A DNA stretch of 64,000 nt from Mytilus trossulus. Taxonomy: Eukaryota. The notes under the pieces were generated by a model, which was not told the origin of the DNA, made no database searches, and was given only the letters and a program-made list of their open reading frames with translations. Positions 28,236-40,302 of the stretch are shown one piece after another (within the stretch, counting starts at the first letter, position 1; each line of letters opens with the position of its first letter). A program made the position numbers and the translations under genes. The stretch covers positions 45,159,216-45,223,215 of the forward strand of contig NC_086385.1 in the NCBI RefSeq assembly GCF_036588685.1. The letters run 5' to 3'.

Positions 28236-29788
28236 TTAGTTATCTTTCATGTATGGTTTTAAGTTAGTGCCAAGATCTCTCATATGAAATTGATTTGTTT
28301 TTAGTCTTGTGAGTCCAAGGTCACTTTGTACTGCATTATTGTAAATCTTATCGATATTGTCCATCCGTTTAAAGGCAATTTTAAGGTGTGTATTTTGAGA
28401 TATCTCTTCAAATTTCGAATTTCTTTTCAAGCTTTGAAATTTTTTCCGAGATGCTACATCAATGCATGCAGTCAGGTAGTCGTTTAACTTGTACCTTTCC
28501 GCTTCATGAATATCTGAGATAATTTGTTCTGATGTGATGGAATCTGACTCAGACAAAACGCCCTTGGTAAGGAACTTTTCAATCTTTTTCTTTAAATCAT
28601 CAGTTTGATATTCATCAGCTAAATGCAACATATGATGAACAGTGTCTTCTGAAAAGAAAAAAAAGTAAATAAATGCATTGATGTCTTTTAAACTACAGCA
28701 TTGCAATACATGCACTTGCATTTGAAAGAATAATGAGACATTCTAAAAATGATATTATGAAGAAGTAGATCCGTGAAGCTTACGCAAAACTTACGAAGAC
28801 AGTCGACATCGTTTTTCAAATACATCTCCTTGACAACATTAAGTTTTAATAAAAGACAAGATTTAATGTCAAGCTCTTAGATAAAAAACATTACTTGCAC
28901 TGACGTTTTATAAATTCTGATGAGTTCTTTCTTACGACAACCGCAATATTCCCTTTTGCAAAAAACAAATGATTGCTATTACATTTTCGTAAGTATGTTG
29001 GCCAGGCGTGCAAATTGATGGTAAACTATCGTCTGGCGTAATAGATATTGAACCTGGTACCTTTTGTTAGCTATTATTCGTGTGTTTCTCTGTCCTATGT
29101 GTTTCTTCATTTATTTATAACTGTAGTCTTGTCATGTAATGTTGTCTTTTTGATTTTGACGGGCAGTTTGGCATGACACAAATCCAGGTTCAATCCACCA
29201 TTTTTTTCTAAAATGTCCTGTGCCTATTCAAGAAACTGACCGTTGTTATAGTATAGTTCGTTTCTGTGTGTGTTACATTTTCATGTTGTGTTTCTGTCGT
29301 GTCGTAGTTCTCCTCTTATATTCGATGTGTTTCCCTCAAGTTTAGTTTGAAACCCGGATTTATTTCTCTAAATCGATTTATGAATTACGAACTGCGGTAT
29401 ACTACTGTTGTCTTTATTTACCTGTAAGTTCATCTTCGAATCCCGGAGACAGATAACGCAGGAAATGAACAAAATGACTAATTTTTTTACCAGGTAGAGG
29501 TATATCTTCTAAAGATCCTTCCAGAAATGTAGGACTAAACATTGCTTTAAACACAGGCGAGACGTCTATAAGATAATCCTTTTGTGCATAGAGCTTACTT
29601 GTACCAAAAACAAATGCGATATTTGGTTGATTAAAAGGTAAGGCTAAGTTTTTTTCCCGGCTTGATAAATGTTCAAAATCTTCCTCTGAGTCATTCGACC
29701 ATTCTTCTTCACTAAAAGTATCATCATTTTCACTTATTTCTTGTAGAATTGGTTCCCCATCTTTTGTACTTGTAGAAGGTTTCTGCAT
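28236..29788 (-). CDS. BTB/POZ-domain protein, copy 2 (coding exons 29788-29422 and 28648-28236; 259 aa)
   Basis: ATG at 29788 (MQKPSTSTK) downstream of an acceptor at about 29816. Acidic N-terminus, then PNIAFVF..LYAQKDYLIDVSPVFKAMF. Phase-1 GT-AG intron. 367+413=780 nt in frame. Confidence 0.9.
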
Positions 29789-32700
29789 TTCATCAAACCC
29801 CAATTATATGTATTCCTGGTAATATAATATATATGTCACATATTTGGATTACAGATATATCGTTAATGAAAATATGCAAAAGGCTGCAACAAGTGTGTTA
29901 ATTGTCCGTTAACAAAAACGAAAAAATCAAGGGTATTGGCATAACAGAAATATATGTCCATTTATCAAACATTACAGTTCTTGTTTTAAACATACCAATG
30001 TTGTGTGTTACAAAACACAAGATGATAGTAAAGCTAGTAAATGACAAATATGGACAAATGGTTACTTTTATATATGTTATTGTGCATGTTTAACGGTGAA
30101 TGGTGCAACCTCTTTTCTCCCTCAATATTTTTAAAATGCGATTGCTTTTGTTTGTCTATTCTTTGATAGTCTTTGAAACATTTATTCAGTATTATTCTTA
30201 CAACGGTTGGTACACTGACAGATGGTATTTCCTGTTTAAAACACAATATTCTAACCTAACCTTTTTATTAGGGTGACTCATTTGCCTTCAAATATTCACC
30301 CCATTTTAAATGAACGCCCTACAACAAACGAATTATGCGTATTGTTGCACAATTTAAAACCATCTTTATAATGATGAGATAAGATTTAAAGGAAAAAACA
30401 CCCTTTTGAAATTTTATAAATTAAAAACATGAAAAAGTTACTACTAGAATTTAAAAGGTTGATGACTTTTTTTTTTTTTTATATTTTAAGTAAAAACAAA
30501 CTTTAGATGGAGAGAAACAAACATACAAAAATTATAAAAAAAACCAAGATCAACAAGTTTGATTTATCAAATTTCAAAATATATACTGCATGGTACTTAA
30601 CATAATGCATATATAGGTTTATTTCAAAGATAAAGAAGAACCTACACCTGGAATAGACATTTGCACCAATTATAGTAGGTTACAATCTGTAATGAATTAC
30701 TTACTTGTAATAGTTTAGAATCAGAAATAAATGTCAATTATAATTTATAATACATGTCTAGCACAACTATAACAATAAAATATACAATTTATTTCGATGT
30801 TTATATTGAGAAGAGACGGACCCCAAAGTGAATATATTATTTGTCTTTTGAAGTTCAATTTGCGATATATGTAGTTTGAGTTATGTGTTTAAGTATTTTA
30901 TTTCTTCGTTCTCTTTGAGATTATTATTGCGCTTGAACGTTAAAGACAATAGCTGATAAGATATATTTAAATAGCACTACAATGAAGATCTAACAATAGC
31001 CTTATCATGAACATTTATATTACACTTGATATAAATTTACTCATATCTAAAAGACTAGGCCTAACAATCTTAAAAAATTTACATCTGTTTTTTATATAAA
31101 TTTAACTTTCTTACAACAACTTCGCGCGAACGACATGACCTAGTGTCTGAACTTTAACCTCCATCAAGTATGTTAAACAGTTAAGTTCGTGGAACGAAAA
31201 GCAAATCGAGAGATCTGAGCATTCCCTATTTACCTGTCTGCAAAATAAAAGGTAAAAAAAACCTTGCGAAAACTACTGTCATGTTTATCGGAGATTGGTT
31301 ACCCTGTTTGTTCAAAAATTAGCTTCATGACATTTTTACTTTCATGTTAATACTCTGAACACGGAGATATAAATGGAAAAAATAAACATATATAAAAAAT
31401 ATTCACCTTCAGAACCTTCAAGTCAGTTATAGTTATCCTTGTGTATATTACTTGTTGACTATACATATAGCAAATACAATGAAGTTTAAATAAATTCAGT
31501 CATTTAAATGTATTTGACCATATCTTACTGTTTAATTATATATACGTTTAGTAAACCTTTTGTTACACTTATGTCGCCTCGCCTGATGTATCTATTAACA
31601 GATTGGACCAGATAGTAACTATTTTTTTCCATAGTTAATATGAGGCGTAACTTGACTGGTAACAAAAGGCTATTACGAAATAGTTTGCAATTGAAGTATT
31701 CATGGTTTCAAATATTTAATTTAGAAGAATAAGGGTATAATTATGGAATCAACAAACGTGTATATTGACTGAAGATTCTTTTTTTTTTGTGGGTATCAAT
31801 TTTCGTGGTTTGAAGAACACATACATTTTCGTGGATATTTAATTTCGTGGTTTTGGCAAATTCTACAGCTACACTCATTCTGTAAGAACATTGGTAATTC
31901 GTTGAACATTTGAATTCGTGGTTCTCCTGTATCTCCTGTATCCACGAAATCCACGAATATTAGTATCCAACGAATATAAATGTTTGTATATAGTAGATGT
32001 TTTTGTGTCCTGTTAAATTGTTATACGATGATGACTGATGTACCCATATTTCGACTATTTTATTAATTGTGACTGTTTATTTAACGCATCATGTAAATGT
32101 AGCGGAATTTGATGAGACTGTTATTAAAGTGAGAGAGTTAGCGCTATAGAACCAGGTTTAATCCACCATTTTCTACATTTGAAAATGCCTGTGCCAAGTC
32201 AGGAATGTGGCAGTTCTTGTCCATTCGTTTTTGATGCGTTTTGTTTTTTGATTTTGCCATGTGATTATGGACTTTCGAAATTGATTTTCCTCTGAGTTCG
32301 GTATTTTTGTGATTTTATTCTTTACAAGTTGAGATAAAAAAATCGAACGAAAAAGCGTTTGCGTCAAACTTATGTAAGAGATTTCGCTGCACACAAAATG
32401 CATTTTTTCGAAAGATAGAGTGGTTATGATGTGTATAATTGTATATTGGGATTTATAACAGGAATACATCAAATGCTGTAGTTTTATTTCTGAACCTGAA
32501 CTAGTGGTGTTACATCATACAAGGTCTATCCATAATACTTTTGCAAAGACTTCTACTCAGGCAAATGCTCGGGCCGTCTTAAACTTGCAATGAAGTGAAA
32601 GTTTGTTTTCCTTCATGTTGAAGGCTTCACTGTGACTTTAAGCCGAAGAACTGTTTCATTGCCTTTTGCGCCTTTTGCTTCACAAGTATGTAATGATACA

Positions 32701-33072
32701 GTGAAATTGACGGAAATTCCTAATCCTTTGTTTTTATATTTTAACTTCCATGATAACCACCATATCGTTAAAAAAGGCAGCAGTATAAGTAAGAAGTTTG
32801 TTTAACTAAACAGTAGCAAAAGAAAAATTAAACAAAAACAATATGTACAGATACCATATAAAATGGGAAATGGAAACGAGGACTACGTTTATGAATCAAA
32901 AACCCGACCCAGGGGCAGAACACAGCCCAAGGCAACCGATGTGTCTTCAACACAGCGAGTCAATCCCATACTTGTAGGCGGGCATAAATTGGCTCATACA
33001 CAAAAATATGTTTTAGTTCATTATCTGCCTATTTGTATTTCACCATGTAAAATCATCATCTACATGATCTTA

Positions 33073-33253
33073 TTCTGTACAAAGGTTTCGTAGAAAATGA
33101 ACAAAGTGATTTATTTTTTTCCATGTCGGCTTTTCCTGACCCTTTAGAATTTAGAACTGTACATTGTTTCAAACACAGGCGACATGGCTGTAAGATGCTC
33201 CTTTAATACACACTATTTCTATCTTCATATACGAATGCGGCATTTGATTCATT
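33073..33253 (-). pseudogene. Decayed BTB exon (fourth paralog remnant)
   Basis: Translates across frameshifts as NESNAAFVYEDR / LKEHLTAMSPVFETMYSSKF* / KINHFVHFLRNLC, collinear with copy 1. In-frame TAA at 33144-33146. Confidence 0.85.
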
Positions 33254-33640
33254 TTAACAACAGATATTCCAACGCAATAAATATTTAACTGTAAAGCAAG
33301 ATATTTTGTCTGGAGTAATCGCTGATTGTGTTGCAACACTATATTGTAAAATGACTCCTTTTTTATGTATCAGTATTTTTACGGATGATTAATGCATTGC
33401 AGTAGTCTTTGATAGTTCGAAATTATGTTAACTTAAAAAAAGAACATGCTAAGCGAAAAAAAAAAAAAAGATTTTGACATTTTGTACCCTCAACGTTTTA
33501 AAGTTTTCTTAAACGACAATTTTCACAATCGACAAAATTGATATTTTTTTTATGATACAAAAGAATGAAATATTATTTGTATAACCATTCTCGACAAAGC
33601 TTTTAATCTCTTTTTTGCCTTTTTTACAGATACTCCGAGA

Positions 33641-34545
33641 TTAAAAGAGGCGAAAAATATACTCTTGTTCAGATATAATTTCTGTCACACTTTTGTCATA
33701 ATGGCTTATCAGCTCAATATGGCGACCGTAAAATGTCTTGAGTGATGACCTTGATTTGATTGATTCAAAGCCCTGTCTTAGCAACTTTTGAGAAAGCTGT
33801 ATTCCTCGTTCAACAAAATCAACGTACTTTGAGCTAGCTCTAGAGCAACGTATCAAGTAAGACACATATTATCCATATTCTGGTACCGCTGGGATGTTGC
33901 TACACAGAAATGGAAAGTGGACTATAGATAAATTAAAGTCATCGCGTTTGTCATAAATTGTGGTATTCAACCTTCCATTAGCGGTTGTTTCGAGAAAAAG
34001 GTCTAAATATGAAGCAGAGTCATCTGTGTCGGTAGTATCTTTAATTTAAAGTTCACTTGGATATATTAAGTGTAAGTAATCACTTAAGCTTATATTATTT
34101 TGAGACAGTACATAATTAATATACCGAAAGGGGAAGTTAAAAACGGGGCTAATTTCTTTTATCCTTTCTTTACAGGCCTTTGGATAAAGTCTGATTTATA
34201 AGAATATAAAAACAAATCTGCAAGTAGAGAAGCGCAATTGGTACCCATTGGGATTTCAACAGTCTGTTGGAAGACCAAGCCTTAAAATGCAACATATATG
34301 TTTTCAATTAAAAATGCCAGCAAGGCAGTGATATTCTCGTTGGTATATTTTCTCCTTCACTCTGTATGATTTTTCACAAAGTGAGCTGAATTTCAGCCCA
34401 AAACTAGATATTTAAAACATCTAGTGCCCTTTTTGTTAAAGAAACATAAGCTGGCGAGTTATTTCAGTCGAGCCTTAAGTTTAGTATGTGGAATAGTGGT
34501 ATAAAGAGTTGAAAAATCAAAGGTTGTTATTTTAGTTCACACAGA
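33641..34545 (-). mobile_element. Degraded Penelope-like retroelement RT fragment
   Basis: Motifs TFDFSTLYTTIPH, FQQTVEIPMGTNCASLLADLFLYSY, IKDTTDTDDSASYLDL, DKRDDFN, FPFLCSNIP, FYGRH, with stops and frameshifts. Confidence 0.8.
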
Positions 34546-36565
34546 AAAGTAGATTGCACAACTAGTAGCTACCATGACTCATTCATCCCCGCCGGTATAG
34601 TCCTTCGGAACTATGGCCACATCTGACTCTCTTGCCTCCTTCAAAGAGAGAATCAGCACGTACAGCTTCTTTATAAGGACCAACTTGTTTTATCCTGCTT
34701 TGAACCCGTCTCACACGACTTCGATTTTATCTGTTCATATTCAAATTGTGCCATAATGCTCCAGAGGAGATCATCACAGTATATAAAGATCACCAGGTTT
34801 GAATAGCTTAAATATCTCCGGAGCACCTGAGATCACCCCTAGTTTTTGGTGGGGTTCGTGTTGTTTATTCTTCAGTTTTCTTTGTTGTGTCATGTGTACT
34901 ATTGTTTTTCTGTTTGTCTTTTTTCGCCATGGCGTTGTCAGTTTGTTTTAGATTTATGAGTTTGCCTGTCCCTTTGTTATCTTTCTTCTCTCTCTTAAAA
35001 AAGAAGTTAAAATATGTTGTTGTTATAAAACTGTAGAAGATCAATGTTATTCATATCTATTTCAGTGGAGTTCGTGTTGTTTCTTATCTATTATTTATGA
35101 CTGTTGATGTAAATGTCCTTTGGTTTTTGCGAGTCTTTGTTTACTCCTTGGTTTTGATTGTTATTGTCTATGCAATTTGTTTTTAATTGTATCCGTTAAA
35201 TCAATATTTTATAAATTTCCTTTTTAAACGATTTTAGATTATCGCATACATTTAGTCAGCCATATAAGTCAAGCTGATATATTTGTATTAGAAACATTAC
35301 GTTTACCAAACTAGTTATGAACTGACATCATGGTGTGTGTGCCATATATACATATACTACAGGTAGGTGAATGACCTAAACGCTGATTTCCATGCTTAGC
35401 ATGTTTCTCTTTTGTCATAAAAATTCATAATATCTCATAAAATTAATAGATTTAGCTGACAAAGTCCTTATATATCAATAAGGTAACTATATTTGTAAGT
35501 GGAAAATCGTTTTAATATTAATTGGGCTTAAATTAAAACTTTCCCCTCTTTGTGATTAAAGTAAGATAACTCTGGTCAATTTTCCTAACATTCAATCATT
35601 ATGGGGAAATGATATAGTTCTATTTTCATCGATATTCTTTTTCAGAAAAGTTCTAATTGTTTTGGGTAGGTCCCAATCACAATTTTACACTCTAGAATTC
35701 GGCATCAGTTAGAAGCTTCTGGAATAAAGTGGTGGCTATGGTGTACTGTTTGTGTTTGTGCGTATGTGTGTTTGTGTTAGGCCTTATTACACTGCTTTAG
35801 TGTATTTGTCTTAAGGGATGGACACAAGCAGATCAGTTACATCAGCTTTCTCATTCATTTGAGTTCTGGTATTATGATATACACCATATCAATCTAAGAA
35901 ACAAATGCCTTAACTAGTAGAAGGACGAATGCTGTTGGACATTTTTTTATGCATACCACAACTTGAAACAGTGTATTCTTTACAGCACAATTAATGTTTC
36001 TCACCGGCATATTGTACCTCAAATTAATAGTAGGAAAAAAGTGGTATCTATGAGACTGCGTGATGATGTTTCAGATTCATCGATCATACCATTCTGTTAG
36101 CAAAATAGTATATTTATAAACGTATTTGCAAAGAATAAAATTTTCGTAACATTATTCTCACCAGCTACGAATAAATGATTCGCTGTGTGGTGTGATTCCA
36201 TATGAATCAACACGTGTACGTCCGGTTTCAATTTACTTTCAAAACACCTACCATCGATAATTTTAGTTATATAAAAAATATCTATTTATATTTTGTAATA
36301 TCACAAATAATTACAAATAAATAAACAGAACTCCTACCTTTTTCCTTTAAGTTGATCTTCCGTGACAGTTCCGAATATATCAAACATTTTTTGGCGAGGT
36401 AGTTTTAATAGACACAGTGTAATAGAGGAAAATAAAAAATAGCAAGAAGTATGTTAAACAACATTATATTTATTAATAACATGAATAAGACAGCAACCTC
36501 TTATGCGGACAAATTGAAACAACTTAAGAATGACTTTACGGCTTGATTTTTTCATTTTTGTTTAG

Positions 36566-36582
36566 TGGTAACGTGTTCCAAT
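36566..36582 (-). promoter_or_regulatory. 17-nt element ATTGGAACACGTTACCA, conserved downstream of all three BTB stop codons (also 8546-8562 and 28161-28177)
   Basis: Exact match in three paralogs, 57-65 nt after the stop. The flanks of copy 3 do not otherwise align. Confidence 0.55.
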
Positions 36583-36647
36583 GCGGGAGATATCCCATTT
36601 GGTATCATGTGACCTATAAAGAGTATACATCCTTATGTAAATGCGCA

Positions 36648-38355
36648 TTAGTTCTCTTTCATGTATTTTTTTAAATGTTCACCAACCTCTTTGATATCAA
36701 TTTCATATTGTTTAGGTTCATTAGACACGCTCGACCCAAATCCTCTTGAATAACCATGTATCACTTTAGTTTCCTGATGCCGTATGAACTGAGGACTAAC
36801 TTTTACGGCCTTGTTAAATATCTTATCGATATCTTTCCACCGTTTGAAGCTAATTTTACTTTGTGTAGTTTGAGATATTTCTTCAAATTTTGGACTTTTT
36901 GTCAAGCTGTCAAACTTTTTCCGGGAAGCAACTGCAATGGATTCTTTTAAATAGTCAGATAATTTGTACATTTCCGCTTCAAGAATATCTAATATGATTT
37001 GCTCTGAAGTGATGGAATCTGATTTGGAAATCACACCATCAACCAGAAAATCTTCAATTCTTTTCTTTAAATCATCAGTTTGATATTCATCAGCTAAAGG
37101 CAACATATGATGAACATTGTCTTCTGGAAAAAATCAATTGGTTTTCAAAGATTACATTTAAAAAACATGTTTAGTTTAGATGAATTTGAGTTTTTATCTT
37201 TAAAAAAATGAATTGCCTTCAGTGATATATGGGACACAACTCACTTACACTGCAACCGACACAGAGTTATAAACAACAAATATTTTGAAAGTAAAAACCT
37301 TAATATAGTAACAATAACAAGAGTTGCCGGATGAAATATCCAAACGTATAGAGACTAATGAGTTCTACTTCAATATTCAATTATGAATAAAAAGAATAAG
37401 ATGAATTACATACTTATGTATGATGGTTGTACCAATGAGGCCCATTGAATTATGATTGATTGATTGGTTGTTTAATTAATTGCTGCTTATTTAACGTTCA
37501 CTGAAAATAATTCCGTTTATTTTTAGGACGATGTTGGTTTAAAAATCCGACAAGAGTAATTTGGGGTGTAGGTTCTGCTAAGGAGAGTGGTGCTAAATGC
37601 AAAATATCGCCATCTGACATGTTAAATATACAGAAAGCCATTTTGAGATCGTCCATTATCATAAATTTAAAATCACGAAAGTTATCAAAACATGTAATGA
37701 ATAAATCATCCAGAATTCTTCCCAATTGATAGTATTGTCATTCCCAAAAAATACCGCCTTTCCGGAGCCGCAGATTGGCATTTTCTATATTATGAAAATG
37801 CAAAAAAATAATTGTAAAAAATCTGTTAAAAACAAAACGATAAAAAATTTATGGAAATCTGAGATACATGTACTTAATGTACGTAATTGTTATTGTCTAT
37901 ATCTAAATATGACGACCAGATGTTCTAATTACAGGTCAATTGATGTATTTACCTGATAATTCATCATCGAATCCTGGAGTCAGATAACGTAAAAAAAGAA
38001 CAAAATGGCTGAGTTTTTTCCCTGGTAAAGGTACCTCTTCCTTCGATCCTTCAAGGAATGAAGAACTAAACATGGCCTTAAACACAGGAGACACCGCTAT
38101 AAGAAGTTCCTTTTGAACAAAGATCTTTGTGTTACCAAAAACCAATCCAACATTCTGTTGAGTGAAAGGTGACGCCAAATTTTGTTCATTGCTTGTTAAC
38201 TTTTCTAAAGGGTCTTCTTCTTTTACCGCATCTTCATTTTCTATTTCATCATTACTATTTAAGTCATCCGAAACAGCTGATCTCGGTGACTTTTCTTCTT
38301 CTCGTGTTCTCAATGAATCTGTGATTGAGTGTTTCATCCGGTGACGTAGCTCCAT
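36648..38355 (-). CDS. BTB/POZ-domain protein, copy 3 (coding exons 38355-37953 and 37123-36648; 292 aa)
   Basis: QNVGLVF..IFVQKELLIAVSPVFKAMFSSSFLEGSKEEVPLP with the same phase-1 intron. 403+476=879 nt in frame. Probable 5' UTR intron 38408-38602. AATAAA on the minus strand at 36469-36474. Confidence 0.9.
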
Positions 38356-38989
38356 GTCTGAGCTACTGGTGTTGTTGAGTCTGATGATTACACAAATATG
38401 TGTTTAACTGGAAATAAACATGTTCAACGTTTGAGTTTTTAGGACGTTGGTAGATATAAAACAAGACGATACACTGTAGGTGTATATCAATAAACATGTT
38501 ATATATATGCACTATTTGCCCTAAAAAGTATATTATATTTTTGAGACAAATTCGACATCTTTATATACATCAAAGCTGTCTTCTGTGATATGTTCATATT
38601 ACCTTCTAATCTATTCATTTCTAGTAATACGATTGGTTGAAAGCAACAGCGTGAACATTGTTTATACATCATGTGGGTTAGGTAGGCATGGCATAGTTAA
38701 TTAACCAGGAAAATTCATAATATCTGAAAACAATCTTAATAAAAGATATTCAGAAATATATTTATTATATTGACGATGATCAAATATTTTTTTTAATTGC
38801 TGGTTCATCCTAAGAGGAAATGTGAAAACTAAAATAATAAAACTTTTTAAAATCTCTTTTTATCTTTTTAAATTATACTGTTTGTTCTGAAATGAACTAT
38901 ATAAAAACCTCAATCAATTCTTTATATTTTTTATGTAAGCGGGATCCCAACCATCCCCTTACCTATTACGAGACAAAAATAACAACGCA

Positions 38990-39380
38990 ATGTGGATAGT
39001 GCTCCAAAGGATAATTGTCAAAGGCTGCTTCGTTTACTCTATCCGATGTATTTGGGGAAAGACACAGACATGTGAACAACAGTTAAACTATAAAGAAAAT
39101 GAAGACATCACTCGACGTATACGAAAAACCACACTGTTATCAATCAATCCAATCTACCTTGTTGGTGATGTTTGGCTAACAACTTTGGAAAATATTAATG
39201 AAGCTGACAAATTACTCGCTACAACATCATTTACTGATTATATGATTGACAAAGGCTTTGGTTAAGGATACTTTTTTTAATGGAACAAATACTTGACAAA
39301 AGAACATACATCACCAACTCCCTGGAAGATTGGCACAACAAAGTAAAGAACATTTGTCCATCCCAACATATAGGATGTAT
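38990..39380 (+). mobile_element. Degraded MULE/Mutator transposase fragment
   Basis: IVKGCFVYSIRCIWGKTQ...Y...R...V.DVW...FTDYM...WN...TNSLEDWHNKVK...HPNI follows the order of MULE motifs (GCxFH...W.K; F.dY; TNN.EgwH; HPni). Confidence 0.7.
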
Positions 39381-40302
39381 ATACCACCGATTAACTCTTG
39401 AAGTCACTTCAAGAATGGTCTGCTAACAAAAATAGACGACGATACAAAGTTGAAGTTACCAGCCTCCATCTGATGATGCATCATCCCAACTTCTTCATTC
39501 TCTGAACTGAATGACTTTGTGAAATATTGTTGTAAATTGTGACTTAGTGACATCGTGAACAAAAGTCATTATCACCTGTTTTCACCATTGTGCTTTATTT
39601 TATTTTATCATGCAATCCATGTGTACATTTTATTTAAGAATTGAGTGCTTCATTTTGTAACTTCATTGGGGTGTAAAAGCGTTACCCGAAGTACAGCTTG
39701 TTTACCGTTCCATTATCAAAATGTGCGCACAGTCAACGCGTTTACAATCGTATGAAGTTACAAAAAGAAGCATTCAATAATTATAATAACATTCTTTAGC
39801 TGGGGTCACTGTGCACTTTTTAATGGGACCTCGTGTCATCATGAATGATAAATGTTATTGTGTAATGTAGTTGATTAAGGAATAACGCGAGATTACAGTG
39901 TAACCAAACAGAATAACGTATTAAAATGAAACATACCTCTAATGTAATTATTCTTAAGTGAACAAAAAAAAAATGTTTGTGTTTAAAGAAAACATTATCA
40001 CATATTGGTGTATTCATATCATAATTATTTATGTACTGATACACTTAAGACACTTTTATAAATGATAACTTTTTTATCATTAGTTATGTTAGTTGTCTGT
40101 TAAATTAATCGACTGTTTTATTGTGAAAAACTGTTTGATTATATATTATGTATCTATACAAATACAACAGTAACTATGAAATGAAAGATACCTGAATATT
40201 AAGAAAACCCAAATAAACTGTATACCCATCAAGTTTGAACAGATTATACGAGTGTATGCTCTATAAACCTTTTGTCTTTTGTTTTGATTTTTAATAGATA
40301 GT

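Larger units (their letters stand above)
21615..29830. repeat. Segmental duplication unit 2 (paralog of about 3180-10330)
   Basis: See unit 1. The two units differ by independent TE insertions. Confidence 0.85.

Noticed and set aside
29789-29803. ORF-track start of BTB copy 2 at TTG 29803
   Set aside because: A non-ATG start is unlikely in this context; the in-frame ATG at 29788 is preferred.
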